From positions 1 to 64,000 of the IMG/VR virus record IMGVR_UViG_3300025410_000672: a stretch of DNA of 64,000 nucleotides; one strand, written 5' to 3'. Below, piece after piece: positions 10,725 through 21,902 of this stretch (position 1 is the first letter of the stretch; every line of letters starts with the position of its first letter). The translations under genes were made by a program, and so were the position numbers. This stretch comes from an uncultured virus (IMG/VR IMGVR_UViG_3300025410_000672). Its lineage: Duplodnaviria; Heunggongvirae; Uroviricota; Caudoviricetes. The notes under the pieces are model-generated. The model was not told the DNA's origin. It did not search any database and saw only the letters and a program-made list of their open reading frames with translations.

Positions 10725-11240
10725 ATGGCCGATCTATACGGTACAACAGTTGCAGCTAATGCTGCTAAGATTACAACAGGCGTTACAGTAACAGGTCCTG
10801 CTCTTTATATGTACGAAGTAGACTTCAAAATTGCAGTCAATCAGGCTGACGGTTCACGTGAAGTAACTTGGTTACTTTACAACATCAGTGAGCAACTTGG
10901 ATATACTCCAGTTGTACTCGGAACACTTGGTGCAGTTGCTTACAATCAAAGCGGTGGTGCTGGTACTGCAAATGGTACAATCCGTTTTGCTATCGAAGCA
11001 AAAGGTTCAGAAGTTCTTTCAGTAGACTCTGCTACTAATCACAGTTATGTATGGTCAGGTGCAACAACTGAGCCAACTGTAAATTACTTATTACCAAATG
11101 GTACTGCTGGTTCAGCAGTTTTCTCAACTGCTCTTCAGACATACCTAAGAACTTTTACTGCTTGGGCTTACACTGATGATTCAGGTGCAGCACAGACAGC
11201 TAATCTTTCAAGTGCAACTGTTACAGCATTCACTTTCTAA
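10725..11240 (+). CDS. Putative virion structural protein
   Basis: Ala/Thr/Gly-rich, late motif, strong SD, followed by a terminator. Confidence 0.5.
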   Translation: MADLYGTTVAANAAKITTGVTVTGPALYMYEVDFKIAVNQADGSREVTWLLYNISEQLGYTPVVLGTLGAVAYNQSGGAGTANGTIRFAIEAKGSEVLSVDSATNHSYVWSGATTEPTVNYLLPNGTAGSAVFSTALQTYLRTFTAWAYTDDSGAAQTANLSSATVTAFTF

Positions 11241-11260
11241 TTAAAAGAGAATATTAATTA

Positions 11261-11290
11261 AGAAGGGTGGTTTTTATACCACCCTTTTTT
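11261..11290 (+). terminator. Rho-independent terminator
   Basis: AGGGTGG-loop-CCACCCT followed by T-run. Confidence 0.8.
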
Positions 11291-13198
11291 ATTGACATAA
11301 TTATAATAATGCAACGGTTTCGAATTACTACTCTTGTTGATATCACACGAACATTAGTATTCAATGAATATTTAGACCCACTAAAGAAAAAACAACAAGA
11401 TAACTTTAATACTCTTCATCAAACACTTGAAATGAGAGCAAATATTTTTACGGAGAAAAATCCTGAAAGAAAGATAATTAATTGGAATGGTAAAAAACAA
11501 TTAACTTGGGTGTGGGAATTTTATATTGAACGTGATGATATTTTTTTAAAAGATAATGATCCTGCTGGATTGATGAAACAAGACATAGAATATGTACCTT
11601 TTATAAATGATTGTGAAGAAACTGCGAAATTTAAAAATTGTTTTTTCTCAATTAATAAAAATATTAGGGTTGAATTTATTAGTACTTAACTTATAGTCAA
11701 CCTACCACTAAATATTGTTGTAAGAAGGCAAACACCAGGCATATATATTCCGAGGCCCATTAAGGCAGCAACACGAGAATCGTTGCTCGAGAAAGAAAAG
11801 GAATTAAGCCGATGGCACCTAGACCAGCTGCTCAAATTGAAAAAGAATCCTTAGAAGCTCATGTTGAGTTATGTCAACAGAGATATGAAACCTTGGAAAA
11901 CAGACTTTCGATCATCGAAAGAAAGGTAGACGAGATCAGTAAAGATATTACTGACGGAAATCAAACAATGGTTAAGGTTCTTATTGGATCAGCAGGAACT
12001 ATTGTAGCAGGATTATTATCAACCATAGTCGTATTATTAATGAAGTAACATATACTAAATATGTTACTATGAGATTTAGAGAATTTAAACCCCAACAGCA
12101 AATAGACGAATTAATGCCAGCTATCGGTCAAGCACTAAAAGGTGTTGGTGGAGCAGCTATTCAAGCAACCCGTAATGCTGCTACTATGGGGGCAAAAGCA
12201 GTTACTGGTGCTGCCAAAGGTGTTAAAACTGTAGGATCTACTGCAAAAGCAGTTGCTCAATCTAATTTGGGAAAATCTAGTTCTAATCCAATAACTATTC
12301 CAGCAGTTGGATCAGAGATTGTTCTTCCGGATAAAGATACTAAAAAACCTGCATCATATACTATTAAATCTATGAGAGGTAATGATGTTGAATTATCTCC
12401 AGTTACTAAAGCCTCTCAAAGTAATGATCCAAAACTATCTCTTAAAGTAAATCGTAGAGATTTAGAAAACACACTTAAGGCAGTAAGCCCAGAAACACAA
12501 GGTAAGACAACATTATGAGAATTAGAGAGCTAGTTAATCCAAACTTATTAATTGCTCTCACAAATGAGGAAGCAGCCTTCCTTCGCAAGAATAAAGGTCA
12601 AGAAAGAATTAACCTCCATTCACTATCTGAACGCGAAATACGAGTCGCAGAAAACTTGATTATTAAAGACGTTTTATGTAAACTAACTGATACTCAACTA
12701 ATGGTGAATGATTATGTCGGATCTAAAACACAAAGAAATAGCCAGTAAGTTAGAAAGCATAAGCGAAGATGTTATTCGCAGCGGAGCAATACCTATTGTT
12801 ACCAAGAATGGCATATTAATCGGCACATATATGATCCAGCCTAAAAATGGACAATTTTACATAAAGAATGGTTCTCAAGTATTACATGTTACATATTCAA
12901 AAAGTGCGGCTATGATAGTTGCTCGTATGCTTCTTAAAAGAATTAATGGTGATCGAGTTAAAGAAGTATTAGATGCAGATCGTATTGCTTTTAGCTGTCG
13001 TAATGATTTAGAATTTTATAAGCATCAGATAAAAGTTGCTGAAAAGAAGAATAACTTCCTCAAAGAAGAACTATATACAACAAGATTTGAGGTTACTGAT
13101 GCAAAGTATCAGTATGCTAAAGATATACTACAGAAAAGTTATTCTTTGTTATTCTAAACGAGTGATAAATAATATAACATCCAAAACAGGAAAACAAC

Positions 13199-14206
13199 AT
13201 GAGAACCAGTGACTTTACAACTAAACCAAGTTCAAAAGTAATGAACGAGACCCTTAGCAAGAAGTTTGGCGAGAAGCTAGACCTTGAGAATTACAGCGAC
13301 GAACAACTCAATAAGGCTGCTGGCTTAATTGAAAGCAGAATTGCTGTTCTTAAAAAGGGCAGGTTTAATGAGACACTGGAAAGTGAAGAGTTCTATCGTT
13401 TAAAACTTATGCACGATATTGTTAGAACTGCTATCACTGAAAGAGCAAAGAATCCATATGCGATTGGAATGGCTGCTGCTAAAAAACAAGCAGGTATTAC
13501 AGCAAAACATGCACACGATCTTCCAAAGAAGGTTGTAAAGAAAGGCCATGAGATTGCTAAGAAAATTAAAGAAGAAAAGAAAGTCGATGAAGAGCCAAAT
13601 GAAGGAAATGCATTTGGTAAAGCTGTAAGAGATGCTAAAAAAGATGGCATTCAAAAGGGTGAAAAGATTAAAGTTGGCAGTAAGACTTATCCAGTTAAAG
13701 AAACATCTAAAAAGAAGAACACAATGAAAGAATCATACGATCGTTATATTGCAGAAGGTGAAGAAGGTAAGGCTGAGATTATCATGGCTGTTAAGGACAT
13801 GGTTGACAAGTTTACTACTTGGTCAGAGAATATTGCTCAGATGCAGGCACAGACTGCTATGGAAATGGCTGACAGCATTCGTAACGAGATGGGTAATGAT
13901 CAAGCAGAACAATTTATTTCTTCAGTTCAACCTGCACTAGACGCTGCATTCCAGGCAGTTAAATCAGCACGTGAAGCACTTAATAATACTGTTGGAACAC
14001 TAACAGGTGAGGCTCCTGCTCCAATGGGTGCTGAACCAGGAATGGGCAGTGACGATATGGATACAAGCGTAGGACCAGACATAGATATAGATGCAGAAGT
14101 TCCAGGAGATGATGCAGAAGTTGATGTTGCTGCTCCAGTAGATCGTATGAAGCGTGAAAGTATTGAGAGTCGTCTACGTCTTGCAAAAATTTTGGTTGGA
14201 AAATGA
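13199..14206 (+). CDS. Putative prohead core/scaffold-like protein
   Basis: Charged helical protein in a late-gene cluster with other MRFxEF-type proteins. Confidence 0.4.
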   Translation: MRTSDFTTKPSSKVMNETLSKKFGEKLDLENYSDEQLNKAAGLIESRIAVLKKGRFNETLESEEFYRLKLMHDIVRTAITERAKNPYAIGMAAAKKQAGITAKHAHDLPKKVVKKGHEIAKKIKEEKKVDEEPNEGNAFGKAVRDAKKDGIQKGEKIKVGSKTYPVKETSKKKNTMKESYDRYIAEGEEGKAEIIMAVKDMVDKFTTWSENIAQMQAQTAMEMADSIRNEMGNDQAEQFISSVQPALDAAFQAVKSAREALNNTVGTLTGEAPAPMGAEPGMGSDDMDTSVGPDIDIDAEVPGDDAEVDVAAPVDRMKRESIESRLRLAKILVGK

Positions 14207-14570
14207 AATTAAATGAACTCGATAGCACAAGCGATAATCTTGTGCTATTAATGAGAAACTTAGTATCACAAGCAAATAGTAAACAACAGCCCAGTTATCT
14301 ATCCTGGGCTGCTCTTAATTCATTACTACAAAATGTAGGTGATGAACAATTTGATTACGACAGTTTTAAACAAGTTTACGATACTAATCCTATGTTAAAA
14401 AAATTAGTTTATAAGTTTGACGGTCGTGGTGTTGAACTTAAAACATATGGAACTGATCCTAAAAAATCAAAAGGTGGCGAAAAAGAAACTAGCATTTCTA
14501 AAATGGCTAAAAGTGCTGCTAAACGTCGTTTAGGTTGATAATTTGCAAACTAGAAGTTAAAATGTAAACA

Positions 14571-15248
14571 ATGACATTATTACAACCAAAGTTTGATTAT
14601 GCTCCAATTAATCGTAAATCAGAAGATGGTAAAAGACTTTATCAATGCCCAGATGGAAACTCTGTTCCAAGCGTAACTACTATCCTTGATAAGACTAAAG
14701 ACAAAACTCACCTAATCGAGTGGCGTAAACGTGTTGGCGAAAAGAAAGCACAAGAGATAGTAACTGAAGCAGCAGGTGTTGGTACTAGAATGCACACTTT
14801 CTTAGAAAAGTATATCGAAACAGCAGAGTGGCCAGATCCTGGAACTAATCCCTATTCTCAACAAGCATGGAAAATGGCTGAAAGAATACGTGACGAAGCT
14901 TTGATAGATATTGATCAAATATGGGGTAGTGAAGTTAATTTATATTTTCCTCAGATTTATGCAGGAACAACAGATCTGCTCGGAGTCTATAAGGGCAATG
15001 AAGCAATTATGGATTTTAAGCAAACTAATAAACCCAAGAAAGAAGAGTGGGTTGAAGATTATTATCTACAACTAGTAGCGTATGCTGAAGCACATAACGA
15101 AGTGTATGGAACTAAGATTAATCAAGGTCATGTTTTTATGTGTAGTCGTGAATTAGTATATCAGCAGTTTGATTTAACACCCGATAAGTACGATTACTGG
15201 CGAGATAAATGGTGGCGCCGGGTGGAGCAGTATTACTTGAGCAACTAA
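14571..15248 (+). CDS. PD-(D/E)XK exonuclease (T4-like phage exonuclease)
   Basis: PSVTTIL, GT.MH, AGTTD..IMDFKQ and YYLQLVAYA motifs. Confidence 0.85.
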   Translation: MTLLQPKFDYAPINRKSEDGKRLYQCPDGNSVPSVTTILDKTKDKTHLIEWRKRVGEKKAQEIVTEAAGVGTRMHTFLEKYIETAEWPDPGTNPYSQQAWKMAERIRDEALIDIDQIWGSEVNLYFPQIYAGTTDLLGVYKGNEAIMDFKQTNKPKKEEWVEDYYLQLVAYAEAHNEVYGTKINQGHVFMCSRELVYQQFDLTPDKYDYWRDKWWRRVEQYYLSN

Positions 15249-15280
15249 ATATATATGAAACACTTTGTGGAGTAATATAG

Positions 15281-16927
15281 ATGGCAGTGGTCCAAATCTC
15301 GAGAATTCAGCAACGTAGAGGTAAAAAGAACTCATCTACAGGATTTCCTCAGTTAGCAAGCGGTGAAATAGGCTGGGCGATTGATACACAAGAACTTTAT
15401 ATAGGAAACGGTGCTGTATCTGAAGGTTCTCCATATGTTGGTAATACACAGATTTTGACAGAACATGTTAATATTCTAGATTTTATTGGATCATACCAAT
15501 ATCAAAGACATAATCCAATTATTCAAACAGGACCTGTCGCAACTAATCCTATACAAAGAACTCTACAAGAAAAATTAGATGATATAGTTAATGTTAGAGA
15601 CTTTGGTGCAATCGGCGACGGTATCACTGACGATACTGCTGCTATTCAAAGAGCTATCGATCAATTATTTTTAAATGATTCAACTAAAAACAATGTAACT
15701 TCTAGATTTATTTTATACTTTGAACCAGGAATTTATATTATTTCAGATGAAATTAGAATTCCTCCTCATACATATCTTCAAGGATCAGGAATAAACTCTA
15801 CAGTTATTGAACTTATAGATACATCTATGAGTAATTCTTTGATGCGCACAGTAGACAGTAATAGTATTCCTGGTACCTATACTCCCTTTGACAGTATGGG
15901 ATATCCACAAAGACCTAGAAATATCGTCATACAAGATATGACTCTTAAAACTGATTTAGCAAATACTATTCTTCTTTTAGATAATGCAGATACTTGCTCC
16001 TTTAATAGAATTGCATTCATGGGAACATTTGTTAATGGACTTACTCCTACAGGTGATGATCTTGCAAATCAACCAGTAAGACAAACAGGTGTGTGGATGC
16101 GAAGTGCTAGTGGTATATTCCGTCCTGATAACGTAAATTTTACAGATTGTGTTTTTAATAAAACTGGGTTTGGGGTATTTTCTTTAGGAGATTCTAATAA
16201 TATAGGATTCATCAAATGCCAATTCTATCAATTATTTGATGGTATTAATCTCGGAGGTGGGGTATTTGGATCTGTTAATCTTAAAGTAGATCTTTCTTAT
16301 TTTGATCTTGTTGATCGTTATGGAATTTGGATTAAATTAGGATACGGAAATACTTCATCTAACAACAAATATATGCTTGTTGGTAACGATAATCAAGATT
16401 ATGCTAACGCATCTTACGCTATTTTAAGATTTGATCACGATAACAATCAAAGCTTAAACGATTATTTTGAAAGAAATACAAAGTTAAAAGATCAATCCAC
16501 ATTTGGACTAGTTCCATTTTATCCAAATGTTCAATCAGGTGGATTAATAGTTGATCCTACTAACTTTGTTAAAACATTAGAAGAAACTCCTGTATTGGCA
16601 ATTGAATTTTTTCGTTTTCCACTTATCTCTTCATCAAGATACATTATCGATTATGTGATAAACAAAAGAACTCTTGGTGGCGCTATAAGAACTGGTAGAA
16701 TATACATAACTGTTAACATGAATACAGGAACTTGTGCAATAGATGACGAATTTGACTACATAGGTGATACAACTGTTGAGAATGTAGTTTTTTCAACAGC
16801 GTTAGAAGATTATAACGGAGATGGCACTAAAGAAACGTTAGTTTTAAAAATGTATAATCCATCTGGTAACGGAACGGGATATGTAAATTATACATATCGT
16901 ACAATGTCATATTTTAATAGTCCATGA
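15281..16927 (+). CDS. Tail/baseplate protein with pectate-lyase-like beta helix
   Basis: RIQQRRG..L..GEIG N-terminus; NVRDFGAIGDGITDDTAAIQRAID. Confidence 0.7.
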   Translation: MAVVQISRIQQRRGKKNSSTGFPQLASGEIGWAIDTQELYIGNGAVSEGSPYVGNTQILTEHVNILDFIGSYQYQRHNPIIQTGPVATNPIQRTLQEKLDDIVNVRDFGAIGDGITDDTAAIQRAIDQLFLNDSTKNNVTSRFILYFEPGIYIISDEIRIPPHTYLQGSGINSTVIELIDTSMSNSLMRTVDSNSIPGTYTPFDSMGYPQRPRNIVIQDMTLKTDLANTILLLDNADTCSFNRIAFMGTFVNGLTPTGDDLANQPVRQTGVWMRSASGIFRPDNVNFTDCVFNKTGFGVFSLGDSNNIGFIKCQFYQLFDGINLGGGVFGSVNLKVDLSYFDLVDRYGIWIKLGYGNTSSNNKYMLVGNDNQDYANASYAILRFDHDNNQSLNDYFERNTKLKDQSTFGLVPFYPNVQSGGLIVDPTNFVKTLEETPVLAIEFFRFPLISSSRYIIDYVINKRTLGGAIRTGRIYITVNMNTGTCAIDDEFDYIGDTTVENVVFSTALEDYNGDGTKETLVLKMYNPSGNGTGYVNYTYRTMSYFNSP

Positions 16928-17548
16928 TATTTTTTGAAAAATTTGAAGATAGAATTGCTTCCTGGGTTGCTTTTAGACAAAGCCTCGAAAAACATGTTGA
17001 TCCGTTAACTGAAACTATTAACTTTTGGAATCAAGCACCTATTAGTTCTCGTACATGTGATCCATTTGATCCCTCAACTTGGCTTAAAGCATGGGATCTA
17101 ATCGAAGACAATCACTATTGTGAATTTTCTAAGATTTTAGCCATTTATTATACCCTTGTTCTTACAGATAGATTCAGAGACAGTTATTTTGAAATACAAA
17201 TAGTAAATGATCATGAAGCACATGAAATGAAATATCTTTTAATCGTTGACGATTACGTTATAGGATACTATTATAACAGAGTAATAACTTATGACGAGAT
17301 TCCAAATGACCTAAATATCCAAGCATCTTATCCAATGTTGAACGACAACTTTACCTCTTAAGGTTAATTAATACTATACATTTTAACGGTTAAGCAGTAT
17401 AATAGCATTATGATTAGACAATTTATCCATTTGAGATCGAGAAATATACTACTAGAATATCCCGCTCAACCATTTCATAAATATTCGACTTGTTTCAACA
17501 AGCAGTTCATAATATCTAAAACACACATTTCTGAATAAGGATACCACC

Positions 17549-19861
17549 ATGAGTTCACGTATAACAATCATTAAAAGAGACGGGAGAAAAGAAGATCTAA
17601 ACTTAGACAAAATACACCGTGTTGTTTTCTGGGCCACTGAAGGTCTTACTGGTGTTAGTGCTAGTGAGTTAGAAATTCGTAGTCAATTACAATTTTATAA
17701 TAATATAAAAACATCCGATATTCAAGAAACTCTTATTAAGGCTGCGGCTGACCTTATTTCAGAAGAATCACCAAACTATCAATATGTTGCTGGTAGACTT
17801 ATCAACTATTCCTTACGTAAAGAAGTTTATAATAATTATAAACCTTGTCATCTTTTAGAACTTGTTAAAAGAAATGTTGGATTAGGATATTATACTCCCG
17901 AACTATTAGAATGGTATGACGAACACGAATGGAATAGATTAGATTCATATGTTAAACATGATCGTGATATGGATCTTACATATGTTGCTATGGAACAAAT
18001 GCGTGGAAAATATCTTGTACAAAATCGTGTAACAGGAGAAATATTAGAAACTCCACAGGCATCATATATTCTTATTGCTGCGACCCTTTTTTCATCTTAT
18101 CCAAAAGAAACTCGTATGTCTTGGATACGTGAATACTATGAAGCAATTTCTACACATGACATTTCATTACCTACACCAGTTATGGCAGGTGTTCGTACAC
18201 CACAACGTCAATTCAGTTCATGTGTTCTTATTGAGACTGCTGACAGTTTAGATAGCATTAATGCTACAACTTCTGCTATAGTAAAATATGTTTCACAGAA
18301 GGCAGGTATCGGCTTAGGTGCTGGTCGTATTAGAGCATTAGGTTCTCCAATACGTAACGGTGACGCAAGTCACACAGGCGTTGTACCTTTCTTTAAAATG
18401 TTCCAAGCGGCAGTTAGATCCTGTTCGCAAGGAGGAGTTCGTAATGGTGCGGCCACATTGTATTATCCAATATGGCATTACGAAGTCGAAGATCTCCTTG
18501 TCCTTAAAAATAGTAAGGGCATTGAGGACAATAGGGTTCGTCATATGGACTATGGGGTACAGTTTAGTAGACTGTTCTATCAACGTTTGATTCAAGGAGG
18601 TGATATTTCTCTTTTTAGTCCTAATGACGTTCCCGACATGTTCGAAGCATTCTTTAGTGATCAAGATAAATTTGCTGAACTTTATGAAAAGGCCGAAGCC
18701 AATCCTAAATTAAGAAAGAAAAAAGTTAAGGCAATTGATTTGTTCTCTGCATTTATGAGAGAACGTAAAGACACAGGCCGCATATATCTACAAAACGTAG
18801 ACAATGCTAACACACATGGATCATTTGATGAGAAAGTTGCTCCAATTAAACAAAGCAATCTTTGCTGTGAAATTGATCTACCCACAAAGCCACTTACACA
18901 CATTTTTGACGAAGAAGGACGTATTGCTCTTTGTACTCTAAGTGCTATTAATTGGGGTAATATAAGAGAACCTAAAGATTTCGAAAAGCCTTGTGCTTTA
19001 GCAGTCCGCGGACTTGATGCATTATTAAGTTATCAAAGTTATCCAGTAAAGGCTGCTGAGATCGCAACTAAAGAATATCGTCCTCTTGGTGTAGGAATTA
19101 TTAATCTTGCTTATTGGCTTGCTAGAAATGACCTAAGTTATTCTAATCCAGCAGCATTAGCAAAGATTGATGAATACGCAGAAGCATGGAGTTACTATCT
19201 AATTAAAGCCAGTGTCGATCTTGCCAAAGAGCAAGGAGCATGTGGTAAGCCAGAAGATACAAAGTATGCAAAGGGCATTGTACCAATCGATACTCGTAAA
19301 AAAGATCTTGACGAAGTTGTTCCTCACGTTGAACGTATGCCTTGGAATTCTCTAAGAGAAGACCTTAAGACATATGGAATTCGTAATGCTACACTGATGA
19401 GTTTAATGCCGGCTGAGACTAGTGCTCAGATAGCAAATGCTACAAACGGCATTGAACCGCCTCGTTCATACATTTCAATTAAACAAAGTAAACATGGTGT
19501 TCTAAAACAAGTTGTTCCAGAATATCGTCGTCTTAAGAATAAGTATGAATTACTTTGGGATCAACAAAGTCCAGAAGGTTACTTAATGATTTGTGCTGTA
19601 CTACAGAAGTACATTGATCAAGGTATTTCTGTTAATACAAGTTATAATCCACAGTTCTATGAAGAAGAAAAGATCCCAATGAGTGAAATGTTAAAACATG
19701 TTCTTATGTTTTACAAGTATGGAGGTAAACAGCTCTATTATTTTAATTCATATGACGGCCAAGGTGAGATAAATGTTAATAAACTAGTAAATGAAGAATT
19801 ACCAGAATCACAAGAGGCAGAATTTGTCGACGATGCCGACTGTGAATCATGTAAAATTTAA
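17549..19861 (+). CDS. nrdA: Ribonucleotide reductase class Ia alpha subunit
   Basis: ATP cone, QFSSCVL, SNLCCEI, C-terminal CESCKI. Confidence 0.97.
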   Translation: MSSRITIIKRDGRKEDLNLDKIHRVVFWATEGLTGVSASELEIRSQLQFYNNIKTSDIQETLIKAAADLISEESPNYQYVAGRLINYSLRKEVYNNYKPCHLLELVKRNVGLGYYTPELLEWYDEHEWNRLDSYVKHDRDMDLTYVAMEQMRGKYLVQNRVTGEILETPQASYILIAATLFSSYPKETRMSWIREYYEAISTHDISLPTPVMAGVRTPQRQFSSCVLIETADSLDSINATTSAIVKYVSQKAGIGLGAGRIRALGSPIRNGDASHTGVVPFFKMFQAAVRSCSQGGVRNGAATLYYPIWHYEVEDLLVLKNSKGIEDNRVRHMDYGVQFSRLFYQRLIQGGDISLFSPNDVPDMFEAFFSDQDKFAELYEKAEANPKLRKKKVKAIDLFSAFMRERKDTGRIYLQNVDNANTHGSFDEKVAPIKQSNLCCEIDLPTKPLTHIFDEEGRIALCTLSAINWGNIREPKDFEKPCALAVRGLDALLSYQSYPVKAAEIATKEYRPLGVGIINLAYWLARNDLSYSNPAALAKIDEYAEAWSYYLIKASVDLAKEQGACGKPEDTKYAKGIVPIDTRKKDLDEVVPHVERMPWNSLREDLKTYGIRNATLMSLMPAETSAQIANATNGIEPPRSYISIKQSKHGVLKQVVPEYRRLKNKYELLWDQQSPEGYLMICAVLQKYIDQGISVNTSYNPQFYEEEKIPMSEMLKHVLMFYKYGGKQLYYFNSYDGQGEINVNKLVNEELPESQEAEFVDDADCESCKI

Positions 19862-19870
19862 GAGGAAACA

Positions 19871-20983
19871 ATGACTTCAGTTTTTAATAGTAATAATCGT
19901 TCCGACCACACTAAGTCATTAGCGTTTCTCGACTCTAATGGCGGTGTTACTGTACAGCGTTATGATACTATGAAGTATCGTCAGTTTGAGAAACTTACTG
20001 AAAAGCAGTTATCATTCTTTTGGTTACCACACGAAGTAGATATTCTACGTGATGCGAAAGACTTCAAAGATCTAAACGATCATGAGCAACATATTTTCAC
20101 TAGTAATCTAAAAAGACAAATACTGTTAGATAGTGTTCAAGGTCGTGCTCCAACATTAGCATTTGGTCCTATCTGTAGTTTACCAGAATTAGAAACTTGG
20201 ATTAATACTTGGACATTCTTTGAGACTATTCACAGTCGCAGTTATACACATATTATTAGAAACATTTATCCTAATCCAAGTAAAGTGTTTGATGATATGT
20301 TAGACGTTAAAGAGATTGTAGATTGTGCTACAGATATTAGCAAGTACTATGATCAATTAATAATGCTTAATAATATGAGTCAAAGAGAAAGAGATAATTG
20401 CTTTGACGAACCAACTAACAAGAGTCACAAGAAAGCACTTTGGATGGCTCTTATGTCAGTTAACATCCTAGAAGGCATTCGTTTCTATGTTTCATTTGCT
20501 TGTTCTTGGGCATTCGCCGAAGTTAAGAAGATGGAAGGCAATGCTAAGATTATTAAGTTCATTGCTCGTGATGAGAATTTACATCTTGCTGGAACACAAG
20601 CATTATTAAAGATACTTCCGAAGGATGATCCAGACTACGCCATAATTGCTAAAGAGTGTGAATCAGAATCTATTAAACTATTTGAAGATGCTGTTGAACA
20701 AGAAAAGACATGGGCAAATTATTTGTTCAAAGATGGCAGTATGATTGGACTTAACAATCAATTACTTTGTGATTATGTTGAATGGATTGCCAATAAGCGT
20801 ATGACTGCTGTTGGTTTACATACAAAGTTCAAAGGAGGAACTAATCCCTTACCGTGGACACAAAAATGGATTTCTGGAGCAGAGGTACAAGTTGCTCCAC
20901 AAGAAACAGAGATAACTAGTTACATCGTTGGCGGAGTTAAACAGGACGTCGATGATCAGAGTTTCAAAGGTTTTTCATTATAG
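19871..20983 (+). CDS. nrdB: Ribonucleotide reductase class Ia beta subunit
   Basis: LLDSVQGR, ETIHSRSY, EGIRFY, RDENLH, QVAPQE. Confidence 0.97.
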   Translation: MTSVFNSNNRSDHTKSLAFLDSNGGVTVQRYDTMKYRQFEKLTEKQLSFFWLPHEVDILRDAKDFKDLNDHEQHIFTSNLKRQILLDSVQGRAPTLAFGPICSLPELETWINTWTFFETIHSRSYTHIIRNIYPNPSKVFDDMLDVKEIVDCATDISKYYDQLIMLNNMSQRERDNCFDEPTNKSHKKALWMALMSVNILEGIRFYVSFACSWAFAEVKKMEGNAKIIKFIARDENLHLAGTQALLKILPKDDPDYAIIAKECESESIKLFEDAVEQEKTWANYLFKDGSMIGLNNQLLCDYVEWIANKRMTAVGLHTKFKGGTNPLPWTQKWISGAEVQVAPQETEITSYIVGGVKQDVDDQSFKGFSL

Positions 20984-20991
20984 GAGTCGAA

Positions 20992-21261
20992 ATGTTAACT
21001 GTATATTCAAAACCGAACTGCCCCCATTGTGAACTTGCTAAAAGTTGGCTTGATTCAAATAAAATAGATTATGAGTCTGTTAATATAACAGAAGATTTTG
21101 ATGCATTGGAAATGATAAAAGAACATGGACATAAGTCTGTTCCTCAAATCTATCTTAATGGTGAAGTACTTGTTCCAGGAGGATGGGACGGATTAAAACA
21201 TCAAGACCCAGCAGTATTAAAAGAACAAATTGAATTAAACGACTTAAGAGGATTTGCCTAA
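20992..21261 (+). CDS. Glutaredoxin/NrdH-like redoxin
   Basis: CPHC and SVPQI motifs; directly after nrdB. Confidence 0.9.
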   Translation: MLTVYSKPNCPHCELAKSWLDSNKIDYESVNITEDFDALEMIKEHGHKSVPQIYLNGEVLVPGGWDGLKHQDPAVLKEQIELNDLRGFA

Positions 21262-21575
21262 TGCTAATAAAAACATTTAAACCTAACGATATAGTAAGTA
21301 TGAAATTAATAACTGGTGAAGAAATTATTACTAAGTTAGTAGAAGTTAATGAGTCGGGGTATACAGTTAGTAAACCATTAGTTTTATCAATAACTCAGAA
21401 AGGTCCAGCGATGACTCCTTTCTTATTAACTGCTGAAATTAATGATAACATCATACTTTCAAAGAATGTTGTTGTCGCTACAGCAAATACAGATAAGTTT
21501 ACATCTGATCAATATATTTCTGGCACTACAGGTATACAACCTGCCACTTCTGGTGATATAGGAAAATTAATTTAA
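21261..21575 (+). CDS. Hypothetical protein (possibly Sm-like fold)
   Basis: KL.TGEEII N-terminal motif; TAATG coupling to glutaredoxin. Confidence 0.5.
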   Translation: MLIKTFKPNDIVSMKLITGEEIITKLVEVNESGYTVSKPLVLSITQKGPAMTPFLLTAEINDNIILSKNVVVATANTDKFTSDQYISGTTGIQPATSGDIGKLI

Positions 21576-21850
21576 CCTGATTTTACTGTAGATTGTCCTT
21601 GAACAATTGTTTGTGCGCCGCAATTTCGTGTATCGTTATTGCGGTGTATTTTTATACCATAACAAAGAACTGTACCACTAGTACCTTGGGCTGCTGGATC
21701 ACTATGTCCAGCATTGTCTGGATTTGCATGGTCACCTTTAACAATTACATTCTTACCACCAATCTTAACGGTTGTATTTGACGGTGTTTTAAAAGATCCT
21801 TCACCGTGACTATCTTTGTCGCCTTCTACTGCCCAGAGTTCTAAACCCAT
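21572..21850 (-). CDS. PAAR-like spike-tip protein (gp5.4-like)
   Basis: Three repeats of GD..H/C..G..TV in a 92-aa protein. Confidence 0.7.
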   Translation of the reverse strand: MGLELWAVEGDKDSHGEGSFKTPSNTTVKIGGKNVIVKGDHANPDNAGHSDPAAQGTSGTVLCYGIKIHRNNDTRNCGAQTIVQGQSTVKSG

Positions 21851-21902
21851 GTTAATCTCCCTACTATTTACCGATAAATATTTTCATAACTAGGAATTTA
21901 TT

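Noticed and set aside
17400..17548. NrdR boxes upstream of nrdA
   Set aside because: Only weak partial matches in AT-rich DNA.
17549..20983. Introns or inteins in nrdA/nrdB
   Set aside because: Both ORFs are continuous and of normal length.
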